From: a virus
DNA: 64,000 nt
IMG/VR virus record: IMGVR_UViG_3300031951_000037
Coordinates: 62,520-126,519 of that record
Reading direction: 5' to 3' (one strand)
Below, in pieces: positions 47,818 through 56,719 of the stretch (positions within the stretch are counted from its first letter, which is position 1; each line of letters starts with the position of its first letter). The position numbers were made by a program, and so were the translations under genes. The notes under the pieces were generated by a model. That model was not told the origin of the DNA. It saw only the letters and a list, made by a program, of their open reading frames with translations, and did not search any database.

Positions 47818-47866
47818 CAAAGTGGCATCCATCGTGATAAATACTCTATAATCACGGAAGGTTACT

Positions 47867-48406
47867 ATGGCTACACAACAAATCATCAATATCGGTACAT
47901 TACCTAATGATGGCGAAGGCGATCCGTTACGTGTAGCATTTAGCAAGATCAACAATAACTTCTCAAATCTATTTTCTACATTTGTTAATACTAGCTTGTC
48001 ATACAGTAGTGGCAATGTTGCTGGTCAAGTGATATTTGAAACTCCTGCCAACACATTCACTATGGGGGAAATGTTCGTTTATACCGCAGATTCTAGCACC
48101 AATGAGTCACAGACTATTCAATTGTTTGCACAACTCAATCAATCAGCAGATGACGTAAAGTTTACTGGCTATGGTAGTACATTTTTCGGAAATGCATTAT
48201 CTAGTTATGATATGGAAGTGTCAGATGGAAATGTAAAAATATTAGCTAATCCATTAACTGGCAACCTCTTATTTCACTTTATTGGCTCACAAAACATGTG
48301 GGTCGGACCAAACGTTCCAGGTATCCCGTTACAATTGGATGGATATATTGCTAATTCAATCATGTCAACTGAGGAAGACCAAGGCGTTACAACAGAGCAA
48401 CTATAA
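47867..48406 (+). CDS. Virion protein with T4 gp9/gp10-like N-terminal motif
   Basis: INIGTLPNDGEGDPLRVAFSKINNNF; late motif ATAAATA at 47837. Confidence 0.65.
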   Translation: MATQQIINIGTLPNDGEGDPLRVAFSKINNNFSNLFSTFVNTSLSYSSGNVAGQVIFETPANTFTMGEMFVYTADSSTNESQTIQLFAQLNQSADDVKFTGYGSTFFGNALSSYDMEVSDGNVKILANPLTGNLLFHFIGSQNMWVGPNVPGIPLQLDGYIANSIMSTEEDQGVTTEQL

Positions 48407-48795
48407 TGAGGGCACACGAATTCATCACCGAATCAGTTACAGATGGGTTAAACATGGTGGCCCATACTCTTCCTAGCACCTACATTATGCCTGACCTTAA
48501 GAATAATGACTTCTATGAATTATATCGCTTTGGTTTAGCTATTGCAGATGTTCGTGGAAGTAGCGGCAATGATGATGTTCAGAACGGATTCAAGCATGAG
48601 TTTGAAGCCGAAAGTATGTGGGGAGAGCATCAAGTAGTTGTTTCTTGGGACCCAAACATTGATCAAGTTCTTGACCAAGCGTTAAGTAAAGTTCACAAAA
48701 AAGGTAAAAAGTTAGTCAGTACTAAAACTAGTGACGAGATTCCTAGCACTAGTACTGGATCACCTTTGAAGCCTTTTAAAGGATATAAGCGATGA
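48406..48795 (+). CDS. Putative internal head protein, paralogue 1
   Basis: N-terminus MRAHEFITE; C-terminus SPLKPFKGYKR. Confidence 0.6.
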   Translation: MRAHEFITESVTDGLNMVAHTLPSTYIMPDLKNNDFYELYRFGLAIADVRGSSGNDDVQNGFKHEFEAESMWGEHQVVVSWDPNIDQVLDQALSKVHKKGKKLVSTKTSDEIPSTSTGSPLKPFKGYKR

Positions 48796-49166
48796 GAGCT
48801 TGGGAATTTATCACTGAAGGGAAGAAAGTTCCCGATTCCCCTGAACATCACGACGGTCCTATGACCGGGCTTCATAGATTTGCTGACAGCACCTACGACC
48901 GTTTTTATCTGTTAAATCGTGTAATGATGGCTGCTGCAAGCACAGACGGAAAAACGATCCCTGATATAGACAGCGATAGTTGGGCTTCTCGTTTTAACAT
49001 AGCACATCCCTACACAAAAGAAGAAGCGGATAAGTTAAAAATAGCATATAAAGCAGCAGGTGTCAGAAAGTTTGATGACATAACAAACGGAGATTTGTCC
49101 AGTACTGAACCAAAAGGCACTAATGATGCTAGCCCAATCAAGCCATTCAAAGGATATAAAAAGTGA
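48792..49166 (+). CDS. Putative internal head protein, paralogue 2
   Basis: N-terminus MRAWEFITE; C-terminus SPIKPFKGYKK. Confidence 0.6.
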   Translation: MRAWEFITEGKKVPDSPEHHDGPMTGLHRFADSTYDRFYLLNRVMMAAASTDGKTIPDIDSDSWASRFNIAHPYTKEEADKLKIAYKAAGVRKFDDITNGDLSSTEPKGTNDASPIKPFKGYKK

Positions 49167-49540
49167 GAGCTAGTGAATTCATCCATGAAAGCAAGGGTAA
49201 GGTGCCTAAAAGACACAATAATGCCCAGCCCGGTGCCTATAAGTTTATGGACAATGGCACGGATAGAACTTACCACTTGAATCAGATTATGAAAGCAGTA
49301 GCAATGGCGGATGGATCATCTACTAAGGCTCTTAAAATGGATGATGAAAGCTTTGTCGGTAAAAATAATCTTGCATACCCATATAGTGATTTAGAACATA
49401 ACATGATGCACCAAGCATTTAATACGGTATCTCCTACCCAAGCAAAAGCAATGATCAAGGGACGAGATAGCAGCGAGTTGGATTCTGTAAATAAGGTTAG
49501 CCCTGTTGCAAAAAGACCAAAAGATCACAGAAAAAAATAA
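49163..49540 (+). CDS. Putative internal head protein, paralogue 3
   Basis: GTG start; N-terminus MRASEFIHE; C-terminus SPVAKRPKDHRKK. Confidence 0.6.
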   Translation: MRASEFIHESKGKVPKRHNNAQPGAYKFMDNGTDRTYHLNQIMKAVAMADGSSTKALKMDDESFVGKNNLAYPYSDLEHNMMHQAFNTVSPTQAKAMIKGRDSSELDSVNKVSPVAKRPKDHRKK

Positions 49541-49570
49541 TTACACCACCTTCACTAGATAAGTAATGCT

Positions 49571-50275
49571 ATGAGCAACTTAATTGATATTAACCAAACC
49601 CTAGACCTCGTCAAGCTAAAGTTTTACAACGAATGGCTTTACACTGCCCACATCTATGATGAGGGCGACAGCGAATTTCACCGCCAGCTTACTAAGCAAG
49701 TAGTAGAAACTTATGTTGATCCTATTGACTTACCTAAGGATGCACACATTCTTGATCTTGGATGTGGCCCGGGATATTTCCTAGACGAAATGAAAGAAAG
49801 AGAATACACTAACGTTTACGGTGTAACATTGAGTCCCGGCGATATTTCTATCTGCGAAGGCAAGGGACACACTATTAAGAAGTACGACTTGAGTTTCCTT
49901 CCACAGAAGGATGGTTACTATGATGAGTCAGTAGACTTCATCTTCTTGCGCCATGCATTAGAGCATAGTCCATATCCTATCTTCTCATTGATGGAATACA
50001 ATCGTGTATTGAAGCAGGGTGCAAAGATTTATATTGAAGTCCCTGCACCTGATTGTGATCGCAAGCACGAATTCAATCTGAATCACTATAGTATCTTTGG
50101 TGCAAATCAGTTGGCTGCATTATTAATTCGTTGCGGGTTCAACATTGATAACTTCAACAATCTTGAGTTTGACCTCAACATGCCCGACCCAGAAGATCCT
50201 GAAAAGACTACTAAGGCTAAAGAAACATACTACTGTATTGTTGCTACTAAAGCACGACCCTTAGATATCAAGTAA
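49571..50275 (+). CDS. Class I SAM-dependent methyltransferase
   Basis: ILDLGCGPG, HALEH, LKQGAKIYIEVP; ATAAGTA motif at 49559, 5 nt before the ATG. Confidence 0.88.
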   Translation: MSNLIDINQTLDLVKLKFYNEWLYTAHIYDEGDSEFHRQLTKQVVETYVDPIDLPKDAHILDLGCGPGYFLDEMKEREYTNVYGVTLSPGDISICEGKGHTIKKYDLSFLPQKDGYYDESVDFIFLRHALEHSPYPIFSLMEYNRVLKQGAKIYIEVPAPDCDRKHEFNLNHYSIFGANQLAALLIRCGFNIDNFNNLEFDLNMPDPEDPEKTTKAKETYYCIVATKARPLDIK

Positions 50276-50280
50276 GTAAG

Positions 50281-50316
50281 ATAAATACTCTCATAGAAAT
50301 GTGAGAGTATTTTTTT
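50281..50316 (+). promoter_or_regulatory. Late promoter overlapped by an 11-bp inverted repeat and T-tract
   Basis: ATAAATA at 50281; AAATACTCTCA / TGAGAGTATTT stem, T-run, then ATG 50317. Confidence 0.55.
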
Positions 50317-51939
50317 ATGGCATTCCCTGAACCAACCGAAGTTTCCCCATGGTACTTACGTAATATTACTCAGGCCTTAGGGTTAGATGAAACGACCGGC
50401 AATGTTTACATGCGTTCAAGCATTGTAGGCGGGAATGTTACCATCGCCGGTAATGTTATCGTTAGCAATGTTACAGTAGACGCAATCGGAAACATTGATG
50501 TTTCAGGCAATACTATGCCCGTTAGCGGCAATATCAACATAGACGCAGGTAATGTTACTGTATTTCAGGGAACTGATCCTTGGATGGTTGAAGGTAATGT
50601 CAACGCAAACGTCACTGGCAATGTGAATATTGACAACAGTGTTGAAGTTACTCAGGGCACTGATCCTTGGATGGTTGAAGGTAATGTTGCTATTACTGGT
50701 ACTGCACAAGTATCATTTGCTCAGGAAGCGACAGATGCTTTTGGTAGACTAAGAGTTAGTAACCCATACACCCTGTATGATACGCAAGCACGATATTATG
50801 ATCATGAACAATTTAGTAATAGTATCACTGGCACCGCAGATGTTGAGTATGATGCCAACTCAAGTTCATATGAACTTACAGTAGGACAAGGGTCAGGAGA
50901 CAGTGTTCTACGAGAAACAACTAAGACCTTCCCATACCAACCAGGTAAGAGTTTGTTGATTCTTTCTTCATTCAGTATGAGTACTCCCAAAGCAAATCTT
51001 CGCCAAAGAATCGGATATTTCGGAGCACAGAACGGAATATATTTTGAAGTTGCCGGCACTACGCTCAACATGGTAATCAGAAGTAGTAGCACAGGTGTAC
51101 TTGTAGAAGATAGAATCCCGCAAAGTCAATGGAACGGTGACAGACTAAATGGCGCCGGCGGGGCTAATAACCCAAGCGGCATCACACTAAACCCTGCGCT
51201 AGATCAGATTTTTTGGATTGACGTTGAATGGTTGGGCGTAGGAACTGTTAGAGTGGGCTTCATTATTGACGGCGTTTATATCACTTGTCACTCATTCCAT
51301 CACGCAAACGTGATAAGCACTCCGACTACTGATAACACTACTACGTATATGACCACTGCGACACTACCATTGCGTTGTGAACTTACGAATACTGGTGCAA
51401 CCGCAAGTCCAAGCTTGATGAGACAGATTTGTGCCAGTGTGATTAGTGAGGGCGGCTTCCAGCTATCAGGTTCAGGTAACCCAAGAGCAGCATCGCATAC
51501 GCTTAGTGCTCCGGTAAGATTGCCAAATGATCTAAGTTTTAAACCAGTAATAGCAATAAGACTAAAAAGCACAATGTCAGATGCAGTTGTTATTCCTATC
51601 AACTATTCACTAGTGCCGGCTGCACAGAGCATATTCCAATACCGTGTTTTTAAACGAGCCATTACCTCAGGTGGTACTTGGGTAGATAGTGCACCAGATA
51701 GTGCAGTACAATACAATCTTGCACCTGCCACGTTAGTAAGTGGCGACATTGCTGAACAATCATTTATTAACTCAAGCAATCAAAGTAGTAGTGCACCGGT
51801 ACAAGAAGCATTTGGATTTGAGTATCAACTTGAAAGAGAACCATTTACTGGGGTAATGTATGAGTATGTGATCACAATGGCTACTACTGGTACTAACCAA
51901 GATGTGTACGCAAGCATAGAATGGCAAGAGATAACTTAA
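50317..51939 (+). CDS. Probable virion structural protein
   Basis: Late context; N/V/G-rich N-terminus with QGTDPWMVEGNV twice; DAFGRLRVSNP domain. Confidence 0.5.
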   Translation: MAFPEPTEVSPWYLRNITQALGLDETTGNVYMRSSIVGGNVTIAGNVIVSNVTVDAIGNIDVSGNTMPVSGNINIDAGNVTVFQGTDPWMVEGNVNANVTGNVNIDNSVEVTQGTDPWMVEGNVAITGTAQVSFAQEATDAFGRLRVSNPYTLYDTQARYYDHEQFSNSITGTADVEYDANSSSYELTVGQGSGDSVLRETTKTFPYQPGKSLLILSSFSMSTPKANLRQRIGYFGAQNGIYFEVAGTTLNMVIRSSSTGVLVEDRIPQSQWNGDRLNGAGGANNPSGITLNPALDQIFWIDVEWLGVGTVRVGFIIDGVYITCHSFHHANVISTPTTDNTTTYMTTATLPLRCELTNTGATASPSLMRQICASVISEGGFQLSGSGNPRAASHTLSAPVRLPNDLSFKPVIAIRLKSTMSDAVVIPINYSLVPAAQSIFQYRVFKRAITSGGTWVDSAPDSAVQYNLAPATLVSGDIAEQSFINSSNQSSSAPVQEAFGFEYQLEREPFTGVMYEYVITMATTGTNQDVYASIEWQEIT

Positions 51940-51957
51940 CACTAACTAAATAGTTCT

Positions 51958-53505
51958 ATGGCAAACACACCAACACTAATCAAGGATCCATACAAGAAAA
52001 CTGTATTCAAGAACCAAAAGGAACTTGGTGAGTTTATGAAGTGCTGCGACCCTGAAACGGGTTATCTATACTTCATGGATAACTTCTTCATGATTCAGCA
52101 TCCTACTAAAGGATCAATGAACTATCACCCTTGGCCATATCAAGAAAGACTAATTGACACATACCATCGCTATCGTTTCAGTATCAGTCTAATGCCTAGA
52201 CAGTCAGGTAAGTCAACATCGGCAGCAGGGTATTTGCTTTGGTACGCCATGTTCGTACCTGACTCTACTATTCTAATTGCAGCACACAAGTACACCGGTG
52301 CCCAAGAAATTATGCAGCGTATTCGTTATGCATATGAAAACTGCCCGGACCACATCAAAGCCGGGGTAACTACATACAACAAAGGCTCACTTGACTTTGA
52401 GAACGGTTCCCGTATCGTGTCTGCTACTACGACTGAAAACACAGGTCGTGGTATGTCTATCACACTACTATACCTTGACGAATTTGCGTTCGTTCGCCCC
52501 TCAATCGCACAAGAATTCTGGACTGCTATTACTCCTACGCTATCAACTGGTGGTAAAGCAATCATTACATCAACACCAAACAGCGACGAAGATCAATTCG
52601 CTCTTATCTGGAAGATGGCTAACAAGACCGAAGACGAGTTTGGTAACACAACTGAGTTAGGCGTCAACGGCTTTAGAGCCTACAGAGCATACTGGCACGA
52701 ACAGCCCGGCAGAGATGAGAAATGGGCTGCTGAGATGAAGGCTCAGTTAGGTGAAGACAGATTCAATCGTGAAATCGGTTGTGAGTTCATTATCGCAGAT
52801 GAAACACTTATCAATCCAAACACCTTAGTAATGCTTGAAGGCATTGAACCTATCAATAGATTAGGTCAGGTTCGCTGGTATAAACAGCCCGAAAAGGGTA
52901 GAATTTATGTAGTTGCACTTGATCCGTCATTGGGTACAGGCGGCGATCCGGCTGCTATTCAAGTATTTGACGCAAGCACTACTACACAGATCGGTGAATG
53001 GAAACACAATAAGACTGATATTCCTAGTCAGATTAAGTTACTTGCTGAGATTTGCAAATATATCTCAGAAATAACAAAAGAGCCAAATAGCATTTACTAC
53101 AGCATTGAAAATAATGGCGTAGGTGAGGCTGCGGTTGTTTCACTCAACGAGTATGGTGAGTCAAATATTCCTGGCATTTTTATATCTGAGAAGGGCAAAG
53201 GACGTAGAGGGTTCAACACTTCTAATAAGCCTAAGCTAGCTGCTTGCGCTAAGTTCAAAACACTGCTAGAATCAAAGAAGATGACCATACATAGTCGCTC
53301 TCTCATTAGCGAATTGAAAGCGTTTGTTGCCAGCGGCGGCAGTTACGCTGCTAAGATCGGAGACACAGATGACTTAGTAATGTCAACTCTCCTGGCAGTG
53401 CGTATGATGACACAGTTAGCAGACTTCCATGGCGATTTAGAAAGCCAAATTAGAGACCACGATGAAGTGATTGCACCGTTACCATTCTTTGCCGTCTTGG
53501 GCTAA
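51958..53505 (+). CDS. terL: Terminase large subunit (T4 gp17-like)
   Basis: PRQSGKST (Walker A), LYLDEFAF (Walker B), TSTPN, ALDPSLG, DDLVMS; CTAAATA at 51946, 5 nt before the ATG. Confidence 0.96.
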   Translation: MANTPTLIKDPYKKTVFKNQKELGEFMKCCDPETGYLYFMDNFFMIQHPTKGSMNYHPWPYQERLIDTYHRYRFSISLMPRQSGKSTSAAGYLLWYAMFVPDSTILIAAHKYTGAQEIMQRIRYAYENCPDHIKAGVTTYNKGSLDFENGSRIVSATTTENTGRGMSITLLYLDEFAFVRPSIAQEFWTAITPTLSTGGKAIITSTPNSDEDQFALIWKMANKTEDEFGNTTELGVNGFRAYRAYWHEQPGRDEKWAAEMKAQLGEDRFNREIGCEFIIADETLINPNTLVMLEGIEPINRLGQVRWYKQPEKGRIYVVALDPSLGTGGDPAAIQVFDASTTTQIGEWKHNKTDIPSQIKLLAEICKYISEITKEPNSIYYSIENNGVGEAAVVSLNEYGESNIPGIFISEKGKGRRGFNTSNKPKLAACAKFKTLLESKKMTIHSRSLISELKAFVASGGSYAAKIGDTDDLVMSTLLAVRMMTQLADFHGDLESQIRDHDEVIAPLPFFAVLG

Positions 53506-53523
53506 GTTGGCATAAATATTAAC

Positions 53524-55260
53524 ATGGCCACTGACAACGAATCATTCAACCGCGACTTATACGACCTTCTCAAAGTAAGAGGGTATCAACCTGTTCCACT
53601 AGACAGTAAGAATCAACGAGTTCCTGCTAGTCAGGCTGCTGATGTTATTCAGTTTACTTTCAATAAAGACGGTAAAGATTACGGCAAAGCATGGGTATCA
53701 ATTGATGATGCTGCTAACGTCATTGTATACTATGACGAAGAACAGCAAGAAAGCCCCAGCACTACTACTCCGGGCGCAGAATATGACGATAGTTGGACTG
53801 GGTTCTTAAAGCATTTAAAGAATTGGGCACAACGTAGACAATTAAGTTTTGAATTGTCAAACAAAGATCGTCTAGGCGACGATATGAGACAACGGGATTA
53901 CTATAAGATGAAAGAAAAGCTAGGCGAGAGCTACCATCCAATGGGTAGAAAAGCAAGTTATAATGACGCAGTTCCAAATGTAAAGATCATTCTACAACAT
54001 AACCGCGCACTTGAAGAAGGTGAACAGCGTTATCGTAACGTAGCTAAGATTTTCCTTGAGAACCAAGAAGGTGAAAGATTCCTTGCTCCAACTACCCGCC
54101 CTGGCATCGCTCGTGTATATGCTCGTCATATCGCAGAAGGCGGCGTACCCAATGATGACAAGTGGAATCATATCAAGTCAGTATGTGAAGACTATAACAA
54201 GATGGCTGGATTTGTTCGTGCAACTCGTAATGGTCAGTTCAATGAATCAGCACAAGAATTAGTAAACGAAGGTATCAATCACTATACTAGCTTGCGTGAA
54301 ACACTACACAAGTTGACTACTCACAAAGGATATCAAAATTATTTTGAATCTTGGACTCCTACACTAATGGAAGACGAACTTGACGAATCAATCAATGACT
54401 TGTTCGTTCAAGAAATGGTAGACCCTCGCATTGAATCAGCAATGCCAATCTTATCAAGACTCAAGAAGCCAGTAACTGAAATGGAAGAAATTGATACTCT
54501 AGCAGAATGGGCAGACAGCGTTATCAATGAGAAGCTAGAACTTGACGAGGGCGATGTTGTCCCGTTCAAGAAGAAGCAAGATGATGATTTAGATGACGAT
54601 GATGACGATAGCTGGATTCCATCAGAAGAAGACTTTGAGCGTGAAGAAGAAATGCGTAATCGTAAACCTCACGCTGCAAATGATGTAAACGAAATGGACA
54701 AAGAACACGGGTCAAAGCGTGACTTTGACAATGCAAGAGGTCCAGATAAGACTGCTAAGATGCTAGCTGCTAAAAAAGCTATGAAGGATGCTAGAAAGAC
54801 TCTTGACAAAGCATTCAAGGGCGATGTTGAAGAAAACTTTATCAGCATGGCACCCCAAACAGTAGCAGAAGAAGAAGTTGAAGAAGCCCGCACCAAAAAG
54901 GTAAATGTAGAAGTTACTGATAAAGGTGCAGTTTACGTTAATGATACTCGTATTACAGGTCGCCATACTAAATGGGGAATACAAAATACTATATTTCAGG
55001 CGAAAGTTCCCTTAGACCAAGTAGTACAAACATTGCGTGATAATGGATTCGGAAACATTAGACTTGATCCTCAATATTCTGCGGAAATGGGAATCCAGCT
55101 TGAAGAAGATTTGGGTCCAGAACAAAAGCGTGTAGGTCAACTTGGTCCTACTGAGAAGGTAAAGAACAACAATATCGGTAAATTAGTTGGTGCCAGCGAA
55201 TCAACAGAGATTGATCCAGAATTAGCTCGTATCATAGAAATGGCACTTTTCAAAAGATAA
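53524..55260 (+). CDS. Late hypothetical protein with acidic modular C-terminus (possible head-associated protein)
   Basis: ATAAATA at 53512, 5 nt before the ATG; many [ILV]-x-E motifs in the C-terminal third. Confidence 0.5.
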   Translation: MATDNESFNRDLYDLLKVRGYQPVPLDSKNQRVPASQAADVIQFTFNKDGKDYGKAWVSIDDAANVIVYYDEEQQESPSTTTPGAEYDDSWTGFLKHLKNWAQRRQLSFELSNKDRLGDDMRQRDYYKMKEKLGESYHPMGRKASYNDAVPNVKIILQHNRALEEGEQRYRNVAKIFLENQEGERFLAPTTRPGIARVYARHIAEGGVPNDDKWNHIKSVCEDYNKMAGFVRATRNGQFNESAQELVNEGINHYTSLRETLHKLTTHKGYQNYFESWTPTLMEDELDESINDLFVQEMVDPRIESAMPILSRLKKPVTEMEEIDTLAEWADSVINEKLELDEGDVVPFKKKQDDDLDDDDDDSWIPSEEDFEREEEMRNRKPHAANDVNEMDKEHGSKRDFDNARGPDKTAKMLAAKKAMKDARKTLDKAFKGDVEENFISMAPQTVAEEEVEEARTKKVNVEVTDKGAVYVNDTRITGRHTKWGIQNTIFQAKVPLDQVVQTLRDNGFGNIRLDPQYSAEMGIQLEEDLGPEQKRVGQLGPTEKVKNNNIGKLVGASESTEIDPELARIIEMALFKR

Positions 55261-55313
55261 TAACAAATTGGGTACATAGTGTAATATAATATTATATTAT
55301 GCACCCAATTCTA

Positions 55314-55342
55314 TTGTAAATACTTCTGACATGAGTTATAAC
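55314..55342 (+). promoter_or_regulatory. Sigma70-like promoter of the ssb gene
   Basis: TTGTAA-N17-TATAAC. Confidence 0.6.
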
Positions 55343-55429
55343 ATAACTTGTGTTGAAGTTGTCTCCAAACAACAAACATAAAAACACATTTAGGCTCAAC
55401 TTAGGCACATTTAAAAGGAGAAAAACAAA

Positions 55430-56428
55430 ATGGCAAGTCTAGCAGAAATCCGGGCTCGTTTGGCAGCCCAAGAAAACAAGAATCAGAACAACGGTCCACG
55501 TACTCAGTCTGATAATGCAATTTACCCACATTGGAATATTTCGGAAGGCGCAACTGCAACAGTGCGTTTCCTTCCTGACGCCGACAACACCAACGACTTT
55601 TTCTGGGTTGAACGTCAGATCATTAAGCTTCCGTTCAATGGCATTAAGGGTCAGCCAGATGCTAAGCAGGTAATCGTTCAGGTTCCTTGCGTAGAAATGT
55701 ATGGCGACAACTGCCCCGTTCTCGCAGAAGTTCGTCCTTGGTACAAGGATGACACTCTTAAGGACCTCGCTAACAAGTATTGGAAGAAGCGTTCTTATCT
55801 CTATCAGGGCTTCGTTCGTGCAAACCCTCTCGGTGATGATGCAACTCCGGCTAATCCTATTCGTCGCTTCGTAATCAGTCCTCAGATTCAGACTGTAATC
55901 AAGGCATCATTGATGGATCCTGAGTTGGAAGAATTGCCAACTGATTACGCTCGTGGTCTTGACTTCAACATCAAGAAGACTTCAAAGGGTGGTTATGCTG
56001 ACTACTCAACTTCTAACTGGGCCCGTAAGGAATCCCCGTTGACTGAGGCAGAACTTGCTGCTATTGAAGCACATGGTCTTTTCAATCTTAAGGACTTCTT
56101 ACCGAAGAAGCCAAGCGAAGCAGAACTTCGTGTTATCAAGGAAATGTTTGAAGCATCTGTTGATGGTCGTGCATATGATCCTGATAAGTGGGGCGCTTAC
56201 TATCGTCCTTATGGACTTGAGGCCCCAGCTGGAGCAGCACAGGACGAACCAGCGGTGACTGCTGAAACCAGCACTACCCAAACTGCTCCAGCAGTCAACA
56301 ATGATGTTCCTTGGGACGAAGATGCAGCACCGGCTGCAACTGATCCAGTAGTTGTTCCTAAGTCGGACACATCAAGCGACAAGGCTCAGGACATTCTTGC
56401 AATGATCCGCGCCCGTCAGTCTAAGTAA
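55430..56428 (+). CDS. ssb: Single-stranded DNA-binding protein (T4 gp32-like)
   Basis: TVRFLP, PCVEMYGDNCPV, YWKKRSY, acidic/Ala-rich tail; SD AAGGAG. Confidence 0.9.
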   Translation: MASLAEIRARLAAQENKNQNNGPRTQSDNAIYPHWNISEGATATVRFLPDADNTNDFFWVERQIIKLPFNGIKGQPDAKQVIVQVPCVEMYGDNCPVLAEVRPWYKDDTLKDLANKYWKKRSYLYQGFVRANPLGDDATPANPIRRFVISPQIQTVIKASLMDPELEELPTDYARGLDFNIKKTSKGGYADYSTSNWARKESPLTEAELAAIEAHGLFNLKDFLPKKPSEAELRVIKEMFEASVDGRAYDPDKWGAYYRPYGLEAPAGAAQDEPAVTAETSTTQTAPAVNNDVPWDEDAAPAATDPVVVPKSDTSSDKAQDILAMIRARQSK

Positions 56429-56438
56429 AACTTAGATA

Positions 56439-56462
56439 GGGGAGGCTTAGTCCTCCCCATTT
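56439..56462 (+). terminator. Probable intrinsic terminator
   Basis: GGGGAGG-cttagt-CCTCCCC then ATTT. Confidence 0.6.
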
Positions 56463-56476
56463 GACAGGAGGTTTAT

Positions 56477-56707
56477 ATGACATTACCAAATGAAAGATAT
56501 AGAGCCTTGAAGCAAAGCAGAAAGCTTTTAGAAGAACTTTGCGATCCTGGCAAAACACCCAGAGTACCAAGTATCATTCGTGACCGTGCTAGAACTATTC
56601 TACGTCATTATCCATGGGATAGTCACTTAGATGAACTAGCAGAAAATTGTCCCGAAGTGCTTGAAAAAACTTCAACGGGTGATAAGTTAAAACAAATTGT
56701 AAGATAA
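56477..56707 (+). CDS. Hypothetical protein
   Basis: SD AGGAGG; MTLPNERYRA...LRHYP. Confidence 0.65.
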   Translation: MTLPNERYRALKQSRKLLEELCDPGKTPRVPSIIRDRARTILRHYPWDSHLDELAENCPEVLEKTSTGDKLKQIVR

Positions 56708-56719
56708 CAGGAGAAAATA

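Noticed and set aside
55349-55402. T4-gene-32-type pseudoknot (TGTGTT/AACACA with AAGTTG/CAACTT)
   Set aside because: Only 6-bp AU-rich stems and a 21-nt central loop, atypical of H-type pseudoknots; could be chance.
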